Positions 1-11,162 of a stretch of 64,000 nt of DNA are shown piece by piece. The position numbers were made by a program, and so were the translations under genes. The DNA lies in NCBI GenBank assembly GCA_017403085.1, contig JAFQOQ010000009.1, positions 69,066 through 133,065 on the forward strand, written 5' to 3'. Under the pieces are notes generated by a model. It saw only the letters and a list, made by a program, of their open reading frames with translations. It ran no database searches and had not been told where the DNA came from. Within the stretch, counting starts at the first letter, position 1. Each line of letters starts with the position of its first letter. The stretch is from Alphaproteobacteria bacterium. Lineage in GTDB: Bacteria; Pseudomonadota; Alphaproteobacteria; Rs-D84.

Positions 1-54
1 AAATATCCCCATCCTTGTATCAGATGGAAAGCTATAATCAACAAGGAGAAAAGA

Positions 55-2430
55 ATGGTAAAAAACACTTCTTTATTAACATTGCTGGGGGCGTGCAGCA
101 TGATTTCAATATTGACGGCGATGCCGGCAATGGCACAGACCACCATCAATACTGCAGAAATATATGATGATGCAGTATCTGTTAATGACGAAGATAGAAT
201 TGCCATAACGGTTGCGTCAGGTGGCAGCGCAACATATAACGATAAATTAACCATCACTAATAAATATCAAGGCGACAGCACTAATCCCAATGATGACGTG
301 TCGGTCGGAATTCTGAATGCGCTGGGAAATGTAATATTTAACGCAAACACATCTATATATGCGGTTGGGCAGGGCGCAGGCACCGAAGCGCGCGCAATAT
401 CAATACAATCAGACCATGAAACAAATGCAAAATCATATGTAGAATCCAATGGTGACAATGTGGTTCTGCGCGCGAACGGTGGGGACACACCATTTACACT
501 GTATGTCAGTGGGCATGCGTCTGAATTTGTATCTAATTCAAAAAATTTGGGGGTATATGCAACAACATCTGGCGACAGATGGGCCCAAGCGATTACGTCA
601 CAACATGGCGCAACAATTACACTGAACGAAGGAACAAATACAAATGTTATGGCCGTCGCAAACGCAGGGGCCGCATATGGTATCGCTGTTCAGAATTTTA
701 ATGACGACAGTGGGACATTCACATCAAACGGTACGCTGACTGTGCGCGCCCAAGGCAAGGGCGAAGCGTATGGTGTATATGCCGCAGATGGTGGGTCGGT
801 AAATGTCGCACAAATCAAATCATATGCCACCAGCAGCACTGCAACGGCGTATGGGGTCGGCGTTATCAACAATACAACAGATGTAAATATCGGCGCAGAA
901 GGTACAAAATCTGTGTTGAGTGGCTTTGGCAAAACCAAGGGATATGGACTGTTTGTAGAAAATGGCAGTGGCGCAACATTGAACGGCGATATCAGTTTAA
1001 CTGGTTCAACCGCAGGAATATTTAATGATGGTACGGTCACAATCGCAGGTGGCAACGCAAACGGTGCAATAATTGGTAACGGGACACTGAATATCGCAGA
1101 TGGTGCAACGTTGAATATTGGTGGCGCAACAATTAAACAAGACACGTTGGATTGGAACGGCAAAGTTGTTGCTAAATTTACCAGCACAAAACAGATGGCG
1201 CGAATTAACGCAAATAATATCGTTAATGCGGGGACACTGAATCTGACGGTTGGTGGTACGGGTGTGTATAAGTTCTTTACAAACGCCAGTGCAAACATAA
1301 CGTTTGACGACAATGACATTTTTGATTTTGAACAAGATGGTGTAAATATTATTGTAAAAACAAAATCAGTAGATGACATTGCAGAAAACCTGAATATAAA
1401 CCAAGATACCGCGCAAACGATTGCCAATCTGTCAAACGCAGATTTTAATGCGTTGAATAATTTGTCACTGCTGGCACAGCAAGAGATTCAAAACGGAAAC
1501 GTATCCGCGGTTGATTCTGTGGCAGCGACATTAAACCCAGAAACGGCGGCGGTCGCACAATCTGTATCTGGGAATATTCAAAATGCAATAATGTCACTGA
1601 CGTCTGCACGTATGAGCGGGGCGCACGTTGGACGTGCCGGTGGTGACGCAAGATTGGCAAATAGCGCAATATGGGCGCAAGGACTGTACAATAAAACAGA
1701 TTTTAAAAATCAATTTGATGGCGACACAATGGGATTGGCCGCCGGTGTCGAAGCAGACTTTGGTGGCGGTATAATGGTCGGGATGGGGTATGCGTTTAGC
1801 AAATCTGATATCAATGCAAACACCAGGTCAATTGATGTTGATTCCGACACACTGTTTATATACGGACAATACAAGCCGGCACGTTGGTATGCAAATGCAA
1901 CACTGTCTTATTCTGGGGCGGAATATTCTGAATCTGGGCGCGCGTTGGGGATGGAAGTGAATTCAGACTATAACGTGCATACGTTGGGTGCCAAAATCGC
2001 AACAGGATATGAAATCGCAAAGTGGTTTGTACCAGAAGTCGGTATGAAGTATATGAATATTTCTGTGGAAGATTATAACAATTCGCTGAAAATAGAAAAC
2101 TCTTTCGCAGATACAAATTATCTGACCGCAATGATTGGTGCCAAAAGTGCGTTTGATATCAAAACAAAACGCAACTGGGTTATACAGCCAGAAATTAGAT
2201 ATGGCGTAAAATATGATTTAATATCTGATGATAGCAGCGCAACAGTCACAATGCCTGGGGTTGAATCCTATGTCGTGACAGGGGATGCGATTGACCCATT
2301 TGGGGCCGAGGCAGGAATTGGACTGACGTTGCAGAATCAAAACCTGGATGTGTCTTTGAATTACGATATCGAAGTACGCAAAGATTATACATCACAAACA
2401 GGCATGTTGAAATTTAGATATGACTTTTAA
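55..2430 (+). CDS. Autotransporter (type Va) outer-membrane protein
   Basis: N-terminal signal peptide, G/A/N/T-rich beta-helix-like passenger, C-terminal beta-barrel ending LKFRYDF. Confidence 0.9.
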   Translation: MVKNTSLLTLLGACSMISILTAMPAMAQTTINTAEIYDDAVSVNDEDRIAITVASGGSATYNDKLTITNKYQGDSTNPNDDVSVGILNALGNVIFNANTSIYAVGQGAGTEARAISIQSDHETNAKSYVESNGDNVVLRANGGDTPFTLYVSGHASEFVSNSKNLGVYATTSGDRWAQAITSQHGATITLNEGTNTNVMAVANAGAAYGIAVQNFNDDSGTFTSNGTLTVRAQGKGEAYGVYAADGGSVNVAQIKSYATSSTATAYGVGVINNTTDVNIGAEGTKSVLSGFGKTKGYGLFVENGSGATLNGDISLTGSTAGIFNDGTVTIAGGNANGAIIGNGTLNIADGATLNIGGATIKQDTLDWNGKVVAKFTSTKQMARINANNIVNAGTLNLTVGGTGVYKFFTNASANITFDDNDIFDFEQDGVNIIVKTKSVDDIAENLNINQDTAQTIANLSNADFNALNNLSLLAQQEIQNGNVSAVDSVAATLNPETAAVAQSVSGNIQNAIMSLTSARMSGAHVGRAGGDARLANSAIWAQGLYNKTDFKNQFDGDTMGLAAGVEADFGGGIMVGMGYAFSKSDINANTRSIDVDSDTLFIYGQYKPARWYANATLSYSGAEYSESGRALGMEVNSDYNVHTLGAKIATGYEIAKWFVPEVGMKYMNISVEDYNNSLKIENSFADTNYLTAMIGAKSAFDIKTKRNWVIQPEIRYGVKYDLISDDSSATVTMPGVESYVVTGDAIDPFGAEAGIGLTLQNQNLDVSLNYDIEVRKDYTSQTGMLKFRYDF

Positions 2431-2456
2431 AAAAATCCCCGTTTGGGGATTTTTTT
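2429..2456. terminator. Bidirectional intrinsic terminator
   Basis: AAAAAATCCCC-GTTT-GGGGATTTTTTT between convergent genes. Confidence 0.85.
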
Positions 2457-3789
2457 AATCAAATGGATTTTCTGATTTTTCGTATTCAATAACAATTGGC
2501 AAATGTTCCCATTTTAACGCCGTTGCAATTCCACGGCGCAAATAACGCGTATAAGATTCCGGGATGTCAGATGCGCCGCCAACATTAATTGTTATCTTCA
2601 TCGGATGACGCCCCGTTTGACGTGCAAACTTAATCTTCATTGGGCGCTTTAATCTGGACATTGGTGGCTGGCGTTCTGCAACCAATTTTTCAACAATACG
2701 ATTTACCAAACTGGTTGGGGCCTGGGCCATAGATATATCCCACTGTTCATAAATACGGCGGAACATGTTTTGAACCCCAGTGCCTGTTTCAGCCGATACC
2801 GCCAATATCATAGGCTTTATTATCTGATGAAACGAATTTGAAAACTGATGTTTTAATTTTAGTAATTTTTCATCACGCAATTCAGGTTCAACCAAATCCC
2901 ATTTATTCAGGGCAACGCATAATATCTTGCCAGCGTTATAGACACGCGACGCAATACCCAATGCCTGGTTCTCAATATTGCGCGTCGCATCAACCATCAA
3001 TATTACAACGTCTGATTTTTCAATCGCATCCAATGACTTTAACGCAGATAATGTTTCGACATCATCTGTGACGCCCGCCTTGCGTCGAAGGCCGGCCGTA
3101 TCCATTAGTAAAATATCGCGACCATAGAATTTTGTCGGAATTTTAACCGTGTCACGCGTTATCCCGGGTGCATCCATTACAATCTGGCGTTTTTCACCCA
3201 GCACGCGATTTACAAATGTTGATTTTCCAACATTGGGTTGGCCCAAAATAGCAATCTTGATACGATTGTCTGGGGCAGGTGGCGTTATAGATGATACATC
3301 TGTATCGCCCGCAATTTTATCCAGAAAATCATAGATTTCTGTAAAGCCTGTTTTATGTTCGGCCGAAATCATTACCGGGTCGCCAAACCCAAGTTTATAA
3401 AAGTCATGGATGTTATTTAAACGCTTTTGCGATTCTGTTTTATTAACCAGCAGTAATATTGGGGCGCGTGTCTTGCGACGTACCAGACGCGCCCAATTAA
3501 GATCTTCGTCAGTTAGCCCAACGCGACCATCAACAACAAATAATACTGCATCGGCTGTTGATATCGCATCTATCGCCATATTGGTCGAATCCAGCGCAAT
3601 GCCAGACTTTGCATTTTCAAGACCCGCAGTGTCAAATAACTGATATGGGCGATTGCAAAAGATGCCCCCCATGCAATCACGTGTGACACCAGGACGGTCA
3701 TGCACCAGCGCATCACGTGTGCCCGTTAATGCGTTATATAATGTCGATTTGCCCGTGTTGGGGCGACCAGCAATTGTTATTTTCATCAT
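2455..3789 (-). CDS. der: Ribosome biogenesis GTPase Der (EngA)
   Basis: Two G domains (GRPNTGKS, GQPNVGKS; DTAG; NKTE/NKWD); exact start among 3792/3789/3786 uncertain. Confidence 0.95.
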   Translation of the reverse strand: MMKITIAGRPNTGKSTLYNALTGTRDALVHDRPGVTRDCMGGIFCNRPYQLFDTAGLENAKSGIALDSTNMAIDAISTADAVLFVVDGRVGLTDEDLNWARLVRRKTRAPILLLVNKTESQKRLNNIHDFYKLGFGDPVMISAEHKTGFTEIYDFLDKIAGDTDVSSITPPAPDNRIKIAILGQPNVGKSTFVNRVLGEKRQIVMDAPGITRDTVKIPTKFYGRDILLMDTAGLRRKAGVTDDVETLSALKSLDAIEKSDVVILMVDATRNIENQALGIASRVYNAGKILCVALNKWDLVEPELRDEKLLKLKHQFSNSFHQIIKPMILAVSAETGTGVQNMFRRIYEQWDISMAQAPTSLVNRIVEKLVAERQPPMSRLKRPMKIKFARQTGRHPMKITINVGGASDIPESYTRYLRRGIATALKWEHLPIVIEYEKSENPFD

Positions 3790-3853
3790 CACTTTTCCAT
3801 TGATTTTTTATAATTATAAAGCAAAAATATAAATAATCAATGGGGGTATTATT

Positions 3854-4450
3854 ATGAAGAAAAAATTTAAAAACCTGCTGACACATGTCAAAGATATTGT
3901 CGTTAATCCCAAGCGGTATTTCACTAAAATTGTTGCAGATGGGAATCTGGAAGAATCTATGTTAAAGGCGTTTTTGTACGGTCTGTTGGGTGGATGCTTG
4001 GTTTTATTATTGCGTCTGATTGGCGGGGCAACGGTGACAATTGGGGCAATATTTACTGCAATTATCGTTGTGCCGGTACTGGCGGTGGCATTGTTGTTTG
4101 TGATGGGTGGGCTGCTGATGCTGGTGTCTGAAATAACCGGTGGCGAACGCGACTGGGAAATTGCGATAAAGGGTTTGGCGTCTATATTCTTTATATACCC
4201 AATGATATTGGTTTTAAATGCAATGGCGTTTAACTGTACATCAATATGGATTATCAGTTTGATGGTGGATATATACGTATTATTCTTGTTCTATAATATA
4301 TCTGTGTATTGTCTGCGCGGGAAACGCGGGAACGTGATGTTGGTTATTGCAATATTGGCGCTGTTTATCGCAACTGTTTATGCAACTGATTACCGCGTTG
4401 GGTGGTTTATGCTGAAAAACACCAGTGCAACGTTGGCATGTTTGTTATAA
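3854..4450 (+). CDS. Yip1-like multi-pass membrane protein
   Basis: N-terminal NPKRYF motif, about 5 hydrophobic helices. Confidence 0.6.
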   Translation: MKKKFKNLLTHVKDIVVNPKRYFTKIVADGNLEESMLKAFLYGLLGGCLVLLLRLIGGATVTIGAIFTAIIVVPVLAVALLFVMGGLLMLVSEITGGERDWEIAIKGLASIFFIYPMILVLNAMAFNCTSIWIISLMVDIYVLFLFYNISVYCLRGKRGNVMLVIAILALFIATVYATDYRVGWFMLKNTSATLACLL

Positions 4451-4478
4451 AAAAACTGGCGTTTGCCAGTTTTTTTTT
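4449..4478 (+). terminator. Intrinsic terminator
   Basis: AAACTGGC-GTTT-GCCAGTTT followed by T-tract. Confidence 0.8.
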
Positions 4479-4539
4479 CTGATACAAAAACCACATATAA
4501 AATGATATAATTGTATCTAGTTCATGCGAGAGAGAATAT

Positions 4540-5262
4540 ATGAAAAAGAAAGCAGACAAAATTGTATCGCTGAAAAATATTAACAAAAGTTTCCCCGTAG
4601 AACTGGGGGGCGAACAGCAGGTATTGTTTAATATAAACTTTGATGTTTATACCGGTGAATTTGTCGCGATTATGGGGCCTAGTGGTTCTGGAAAATCCAC
4701 ATGTATGAATATTATTGGCGCACTGGATACACCAACGTCTGGAACGTACGAGTTGTATGGGCGCGACGTGACAAATCTGACGGCAGATGAATTGGCGACC
4801 GTACGAAATGAACATATTGGATTTGTTTTTCAACAGTTTAATTTGCTGGCGAAACGCAGTGTGTTGGATAATGTTATGTTGCCCCTGATGTACCAGGGAC
4901 TGAGTATAAGCGAACGCGAGGCACGCGCACGCGAAATGTTAAAACGCGTGGGATTAGAGAATTTTGAATCTTACCTGCCAACACAATTGTCGGGCGGGAT
5001 GAAACAGCGCGTCGCAATCGCACGCGCGCTGGCAGGGAACCCTAAACTGATTCTGGCAGACGAACCAACAGGGGCGCTGGATAGTAAGATGGGAAATGAA
5101 ATTCTGAAATTCTTTAAACAATTAAATAAAGAAATGGGTATCACAATCATCATGATTACGCATGAATTTGATATCGCAAAATATGCAGACAGGTTAATTC
5201 ATATCCGCGATGGTAAAATAAACTATAACGGGGCAATTCCGCGTAACGATAGAAATTTATAA
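4540..5262 (+). CDS. ABC transporter ATP-binding protein (MacB/LolD-like)
   Basis: GPSGSGKS, LSGGMKQR, LILADEPTGALD. Confidence 0.92.
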   Translation: MKKKADKIVSLKNINKSFPVELGGEQQVLFNINFDVYTGEFVAIMGPSGSGKSTCMNIIGALDTPTSGTYELYGRDVTNLTADELATVRNEHIGFVFQQFNLLAKRSVLDNVMLPLMYQGLSISEREARAREMLKRVGLENFESYLPTQLSGGMKQRVAIARALAGNPKLILADEPTGALDSKMGNEILKFFKQLNKEMGITIIMITHEFDIAKYADRLIHIRDGKINYNGAIPRNDRNL

Positions 5263-5273
5263 GGATATAATAA

Positions 5274-6491
5274 ATGACAGTTAGCGATATTTTAAAAGAA
5301 TCTTGGTTGTCTATCAGCGGGAATAAAATACGATCGTTTTTAACCGTATTGGGAATTATTATCGGTGTTATGGCGGTTGTGATAATGGTTGCTGTGGGTG
5401 AAACTGTACAAAAACAGATAACAGACCAATTTTCATCACTGGGGACAAACACAATTATGATTCGCGCAGGCGCCGCACAACAGGCCGGTGTTCGAACTGG
5501 AAACAGACAGACACTGACAATCCAAGACGCAGAATTTATCGGCAGATTGCCAGATGTTATGGCGGTGACACCCGTGCAAAATGGTGCCGCACAGGTTATT
5601 TATGGAAATAAAAACTGGGCAACATCTATGGTTGGGGTATATCCTGCGTATGTGGTTGTGCAAAATGTAGAAATGGAATACGGTACATTTTTTGACCAAT
5701 CCGCCGTACGAAATGCATCTACGTACGCAGTAATCGGTCCTGAAACCGCCGAAGAATTAGGATTGCCCAAAGATCCCGTCGGCGAGGTTATCAGAATACA
5801 AAACACACCATTTACAATTATTGGGGTCACGCGCGCAAAAGGTGATTCTGCGATGGGCAGCCAAGATGACATGATTATAATCCCAATCACAACATTAAAA
5901 AAACGTATGCAGGGCAGTCGATTCCCAAATTCTGTGCAGATGGTGGCGTTAAAACTGTATGAAAATTCTGATAACAATATCGCCATCGATCAAATTACCG
6001 CACTGTTGCGCAACCGGCACAGATTGAAGGAAGATGCCGCAGATGATTTCCAAATTATGGATATGAAACAGGTTATGGAAACAATGACAACCGTGACGGG
6101 ATATATGAAATTGCTGTTGATTGCGATTGCAGCGGTGTCACTGTTGGTTGGTGCAATCGGTATTATGAACATGATGCTGGTATCGGTTGCAGAACGTACG
6201 CGCGAAATCGGTATTCGCAAGGCAATTGGCGCACGCGAACGACATATAATTATTCAATTCTTGGCAGAATCTGTGATGATTTCTTTTATCGGTTCTATGA
6301 TTGGATTGGTGGTTGGGGTCGGCCTGTCCCAAGGGGTGGGGCGTTTTATACTGGGGTATAATGTACCGTTTAGTATTTGGCCAGTTGTGTTGTCCGTTAG
6401 TGTTGCCGTTATCGTCGGGTTGTCGTCGGGCGTTATGCCGGCGATGAAGGCAGCAAAACTAAACCCAATCGACAGTTTAAGACATGAATAA
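5274..6491 (+). CDS. MacB/FtsX-family ABC permease
   Basis: RSFLTVLGIIIGV N-terminus; SVAERTREIGIRKAIGA; C-terminal P..SLRHE. Confidence 0.92.
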   Translation: MTVSDILKESWLSISGNKIRSFLTVLGIIIGVMAVVIMVAVGETVQKQITDQFSSLGTNTIMIRAGAAQQAGVRTGNRQTLTIQDAEFIGRLPDVMAVTPVQNGAAQVIYGNKNWATSMVGVYPAYVVVQNVEMEYGTFFDQSAVRNASTYAVIGPETAEELGLPKDPVGEVIRIQNTPFTIIGVTRAKGDSAMGSQDDMIIIPITTLKKRMQGSRFPNSVQMVALKLYENSDNNIAIDQITALLRNRHRLKEDAADDFQIMDMKQVMETMTTVTGYMKLLLIAIAAVSLLVGAIGIMNMMLVSVAERTREIGIRKAIGARERHIIIQFLAESVMISFIGSMIGLVVGVGLSQGVGRFILGYNVPFSIWPVVLSVSVAVIVGLSSGVMPAMKAAKLNPIDSLRHE

Positions 6492-6520
6492 AAAAATCCG
6501 CCAAACGGCGGATTTATTTT
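6490..6520. terminator. Bidirectional terminator
   Basis: AAATCCGCC-AAAC-GGCGGATTT between convergent genes. Confidence 0.8.
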
Positions 6521-6792
6521 TATTTACGCAGACCTAATTTCTTAATCAGGGCTTCGTAATCAGATGGATTACGCTTTTTGATGTAAGCCAACAATTTCTT
6601 GCGGCGATTAACCATCAACAACAGACCACGTTTTGAGTGCTGATCTTTGTGATTAGCCTTCATATGTTCTGTCAAATTGCGAATACGTTCTGTTAAAACT
6701 GCAACCTGAGATTCAACGGAACCACCGTTATCTGTTTCAGAAACCTTGAATTCCTGAATCAATTCAGATTTTCTTGCCTTTGATACGGACAT
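6520..6792 (-). CDS. rpsO: 30S ribosomal protein S15
   Basis: MSVSKARK...SVESQVAVLTERIRNLTEHM...KDQHSKRGLL...LGLRK; ATG at 6792 with AAGGA SD. Confidence 0.97.
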   Translation of the reverse strand: MSVSKARKSELIQEFKVSETDNGGSVESQVAVLTERIRNLTEHMKANHKDQHSKRGLLLMVNRRKKLLAYIKKRNPSDYEALIKKLGLRK

Positions 6793-6808
6793 TATATTTT
6801 CCTTTGTT

Positions 6809-7699
6809 TTAAATTGTTCGTTTTGGATGCAACAGGCCATCAGATATCGTGCCAATACCAATAAACGTCTTATCGTTATAAACACGATATACGCCGACAG
6901 GCGCATCCGTCTTTACAAAGCCACCATTTCGATAAAAATACGCGTCTTTGTCGGAAAGATTTAGAACCGGAATGTCCCCCAGTCCAAAATCAATCGGTCT
7001 AAGAAATTCATCCAGACCGCCGTTATTATTAACCAGATTTTCTAAAAAATCAAGTTTTACCGCATTTTTTATGTCAAATCCGTTTGTTAGCGTGCGACGT
7101 ATCATATCAACCGTTGCGTATGCGCCACAAATTGTGGCAATATCACGCGCGATTGAACGAACGTATGTGCCACGACTGCACCGTGTTCGAAAATGCCATG
7201 ATGTGCCGTCGCGCCCCAAAAATTCCAAAGAATATATATGCACTGGCCGTGGGGGAATTTCGATACTTTTGCCACTGCGGGCAATTTCATGCGCACGACG
7301 CCCATTGACATGGACTGCAGAATAAATTGGGGGTGTTTGCATAATATCGCCAACCAACTGCGACAGGGCAGACGAAACATCGGATTCAGACGGCACGATA
7401 TCATTGCGGACAATTTCAGTGCCTGTTATATCCAATGTATCTGTTTCAAAACCAAATTGGCACGAAAATAAATATTCTTTGACAGACGCATTATGTTCTT
7501 CGACAAACGGTATCATTTTTGTTGCATCACCAATTGCAATTGGTAAAACGCCCGTTGCCATTGGGTCCAGCGTGCCGATATGGCCAAACTTTTTAGTCCC
7601 AAACATACGCGCAACGCGACCACCGGCCGTGCGCGAAAATACGCCAGTATCCTTGTCTAAGATTATCCAACCTGATTTTGACATGTTATTTTTATCCAA
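6809..7699 (-). CDS. truB: tRNA pseudouridine(55) synthase
   Basis: GHIGTLDPMATGVL, PPIYSA, CSRGTYVRS; adjacent to rpsO. Confidence 0.95.
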   Translation of the reverse strand: MDKNNMSKSGWIILDKDTGVFSRTAGGRVARMFGTKKFGHIGTLDPMATGVLPIAIGDATKMIPFVEEHNASVKEYLFSCQFGFETDTLDITGTEIVRNDIVPSESDVSSALSQLVGDIMQTPPIYSAVHVNGRRAHEIARSGKSIEIPPRPVHIYSLEFLGRDGTSWHFRTRCSRGTYVRSIARDIATICGAYATVDMIRRTLTNGFDIKNAVKLDFLENLVNNNGGLDEFLRPIDFGLGDIPVLNLSDKDAYFYRNGGFVKTDAPVGVYRVYNDKTFIGIGTISDGLLHPKRTI

Positions 7700-10253
7700 A
7701 CAGACTTAGTTGTGGTGGTGGCAATTTATCCGATACGCATGGTTTCTTGGGCGCAGGACGCGATTGTGTCGCGGATGTATCAGCATTAGATGCGGAACAA
7801 GTCGCACCATGTGATTCTAATGACGCCAATACAGATTCTGCGCGCGATACCACAGATGCCGGCATGCCAGCCATGCGCGCCACATGAATACCATACGAAC
7901 GATTTGCAACGCCTGCGATGATTTTGTGCATAAATACAATCTCGTTATTATGTTCGCGTACATCAATTGTTAAACATGACACGTTCTGCAAACCGTCCGC
8001 ACCAACCAACGCGGTTAATTCGTGGTAATGTGTTGCAAATAATGTTCGCGGTTGCATTTCGTTTAAAAATTCTAAGACAGCCTGGGCAATTGCCATACCG
8101 TCATACGTTGCGGTGCCGCGACCAATTTCATCAAATATAATGAACGAACGATTGGTTGCACGATTTAAAATATTTGCAGTTTCTGCCATTTCAACCATAA
8201 ATGTTGATTGACCAGCCGCCAGATTGTCTGACGCACCAACACGACTAAACAACTGGTCACAGATACCGATTGTCGCACGGGTTGCGGGAACAAAAGACCC
8301 CAGATGCGCCAAGACCACGATAAGTGCATTTTGGCGCAGATATGTCGATTTACCCGCCATATTTGGCCCCGTCAGCAACGCAATCGCATGCGCGTTCAGA
8401 TTACAATCGTTTTTCACAAAGTTATCGCCACGCGTACGTAATACCATTTCTATGACCGGATGGCGACCACCAACGACATCAAACGCACAATCATCTGTTA
8501 TAGTGGGTCTGACCCAAGAATATTTTTCTGCAACCGCCGACAAAGATGTCCAAACGTCAATATCAGCCAATAAATCCGCCGTAGAAAGCAAATCATCTGC
8601 GATGGTGCGGATGCGTGCAATAAAATCTGTGATGATTTCATCTTCTATGGCAGATGCTTTTTCGCCGGCACTGCGAATATCGTTGTCTAAATCAATCAGA
8701 CGGGCGGTTGTAAAACGCATGTTGCCCGCCATCGTCTGGCGATGAATAAAACCAGATTCAGGTGCCATAAGCGCGTCGGCACGGGCGGATGGAACCTCGA
8801 TAAAATAACCCAAGATATTATTATATTTTATCTTTAATGTATTGACGCCGGTTGTCGCAATATATTCAGATTGCAATGCAGCAATCGTTTCGCGCGCACC
8901 ATGCGACAGGCCACGCATCGCGTCCAGTCCGCCATGAAACCCATCACGAATAACACCGCCGTCACGGAAAAATGTTGGCAAATCATCTGACATGGCGCGA
9001 TTTAATTCTGCCGCTAAATCGCCATGCGTGTTTATTTGCGCAACACGTTGCGATAAATCAGAATCCAAACGCGATGACAATATTTGCACACGTGGTAGCG
9101 CAATCATAAAATCTGTAATATGACGCATATCACGCGGGGTGCCACGACACGACAACAGACGTGACAGACTGCGCCCGACATCAGGAACAGATGATAGTAC
9201 ATTTGATACAGATAACATAACATCGGGATTTAACAAAAAGTGGCCAATATGGTGTTGGCGCGAACATATTTGTTCGCGGTCGGCAGATAAACTGCGCAAA
9301 TATGCACGCAGTTTGCGCGCACCCGCCGCAGTACGCGTTTCATCCAACACATCCAGCAAACACGCCCCACCGTCGTTAATTGGACCGTCTATTTCCAGAC
9401 TGCGCCATGTGGCAGAATCAATCAATAACTGACGTCCAGATTTAAATGTGTATGGCGCACGAAATGTTATTGGCGCGCCACGCTGGGTATTAAACAAATA
9501 TCCGGCCAACAAACAAATTGCATCGTCTGGGTGCATAGATACGTCAGAACCAAGCGCACCACCAAATACACGGGTGACAACCGTATCAATATCAGATCGA
9601 TGATATAATTTTTCATATACTGGCGTAGATTTAAAAGTATCGCGCAGATGTTGAATCGTGTTTTCTTCGGCGGCACCAAACGGGAATATTATTTCCGCAG
9701 GATTGATACGCACCATATCGTCAAACGCATCAGATGTTTTTCCAACAAAGAATTCACCAGTTGATATATCACAGCCCGCAATATCGTATTTGCCACCACC
9801 CATGGGCGCAATTGCGACCAAAAAATTCGACTTTTTTGGCGTTAATAGGTTTTCATCCGTTAATGTACCGGGCGTCAAGACACGAATAACCTTGCGTTCT
9901 ATGAATTTATGCCCGCGGGCCTTGGCCTGGGCCGGGGTTTCCATCTGTTCAACCAGCGCAACCTTGAAACCACTGCGCACCAAACGACCAAAATAGTTAT
10001 CTGCCGCATGCCATGGAATACCACACATAGGAATATTTTCGCCGTCTGCATCAGTGCCGCGCGCAGTCAGAACCAATCCTAAAGTACTGCTGATGGTTTT
10101 TGCGTCTTCAAAAAAGGATTCATAAAAGTCACCCAAACGAAACATTAACAACGCATCTGGATTTTCAGATTTCATATCCACATACTGTTGCATGACGGGG
10201 GTTAATTTACTTTTTTCTGCCACGATACGACCACTTGTTTTTTTACGCACCAA
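7692..10253 (-). CDS. mutS: DNA mismatch repair protein MutS
   Basis: TPVMQQY, FRLGDFYE, GPNMAGKST, DEIGRGT, C-terminal clamp motif QLSLF. Confidence 0.97.
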   Translation of the reverse strand: MVRKKTSGRIVAEKSKLTPVMQQYVDMKSENPDALLMFRLGDFYESFFEDAKTISSTLGLVLTARGTDADGENIPMCGIPWHAADNYFGRLVRSGFKVALVEQMETPAQAKARGHKFIERKVIRVLTPGTLTDENLLTPKKSNFLVAIAPMGGGKYDIAGCDISTGEFFVGKTSDAFDDMVRINPAEIIFPFGAAEENTIQHLRDTFKSTPVYEKLYHRSDIDTVVTRVFGGALGSDVSMHPDDAICLLAGYLFNTQRGAPITFRAPYTFKSGRQLLIDSATWRSLEIDGPINDGGACLLDVLDETRTAAGARKLRAYLRSLSADREQICSRQHHIGHFLLNPDVMLSVSNVLSSVPDVGRSLSRLLSCRGTPRDMRHITDFMIALPRVQILSSRLDSDLSQRVAQINTHGDLAAELNRAMSDDLPTFFRDGGVIRDGFHGGLDAMRGLSHGARETIAALQSEYIATTGVNTLKIKYNNILGYFIEVPSARADALMAPESGFIHRQTMAGNMRFTTARLIDLDNDIRSAGEKASAIEDEIITDFIARIRTIADDLLSTADLLADIDVWTSLSAVAEKYSWVRPTITDDCAFDVVGGRHPVIEMVLRTRGDNFVKNDCNLNAHAIALLTGPNMAGKSTYLRQNALIVVLAHLGSFVPATRATIGICDQLFSRVGASDNLAAGQSTFMVEMAETANILNRATNRSFIIFDEIGRGTATYDGMAIAQAVLEFLNEMQPRTLFATHYHELTALVGADGLQNVSCLTIDVREHNNEIVFMHKIIAGVANRSYGIHVARMAGMPASVVSRAESVLASLESHGATCSASNADTSATQSRPAPKKPCVSDKLPPPQLSLFG

Positions 10254-10437
10254 CTTTTAATGTTTCGATTTTTAATTCGGCTTCTTTTAATAACTGTTCG
10301 CAATAGGCCTTTAATTTTATCCCCTGTTCATATGCCGCAACAGAATCCGCCAATGGCAATTGGCCAGATTCCATTTTTTTGACCAGTTCCATCAATTGAT
10401 TGTACGCTTCTTCAAATGATAACTTGTTTTCTTCCAT
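10243..10437 (-). CDS. xseB: Exodeoxyribonuclease VII small subunit
   Basis: LSFEEAYNQL...LPLADSVAAYEQG...AELKI. Confidence 0.92.
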   Translation of the reverse strand: MEENKLSFEEAYNQLMELVKKMESGQLPLADSVAAYEQGIKLKAYCEQLLKEAELKIETLKVGA

Positions 10438-10514
10438 TTTTATCCCCTTAGAATCTTGCAAGAAAGGTACAAAAATAAACACAAATTTGCAATAAAAAAC
10501 CGCGTTTAGCGCGG

Positions 10515-11162
10515 TTAAACTTTATCGGGCGCGTTACACCATTTTGCCACAGGACATTCCGCGCAACGCGGACGCAACGCACGACATGTATATCGACCGT
10601 GCAAGACCATGACATGATTTACAATTGGGTGATATTTCTTGGGGATTTTTTGTAATAATTTTTGTTCTACCCGTTCGGGGGTATTATCAGCATCATCAAC
10701 CCAACCATATCGATGCGCATTGCGAAAAACATGCGTATCCACACCGATGTTTGGTGCGCCCCACAAGACATTACAAATAACATTTGCTGTCTTTTGCCCA
10801 ATACCCGGCAATTTCATCAAGGCGTCACGATTGTGATATTTAGGCGAAAATGTGTCTGTAATGTTTTCCGCCGTTAATTTTTCTGCCAATGCGATAATAT
10901 TTTTTGCCTTGTTATTAAAGAAGGAAATAACCTTGATATGGCTTTTCAAACCATCTATCCCCAGTGCCAACATTTTGTCCGCCGTTGGCGCAACAGCAAA
11001 TAAAGCAGGCGTGACTTCATTTACTTTTTTATCTGTTGCCTGGGCAGATAAAATGACCGCCACCGCAAAGTTAAATTCATTTGTATGGTACAGTTCCGAC
11101 CGTATCGTCATATCAACAGTCGGGGGTACCAATTCAAAATATCTTTGCGGTGAGAGGGACAT
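10515..11162 (-). CDS. nth: Endonuclease III
   Basis: ILSAQATD, LPGIGQKTAN, VDTHVFR, FeS motif CRALRPRCAECPVAKWC. Confidence 0.95.
   Translation of the reverse strand: MSLSPQRYFELVPPTVDMTIRSELYHTNEFNFAVAVILSAQATDKKVNEVTPALFAVAPTADKMLALGIDGLKSHIKVISFFNNKAKNIIALAEKLTAENITDTFSPKYHNRDALMKLPGIGQKTANVICNVLWGAPNIGVDTHVFRNAHRYGWVDDADNTPERVEQKLLQKIPKKYHPIVNHVMVLHGRYTCRALRPRCAECPVAKWCNAPDKV

Noticed and set aside
690-1427. Long antisense ORFs (also 23274-23954, 44050-45018, 59116-59778)
   Set aside because: Shadows of well-supported genes on the opposite strand with no recognisable motifs.
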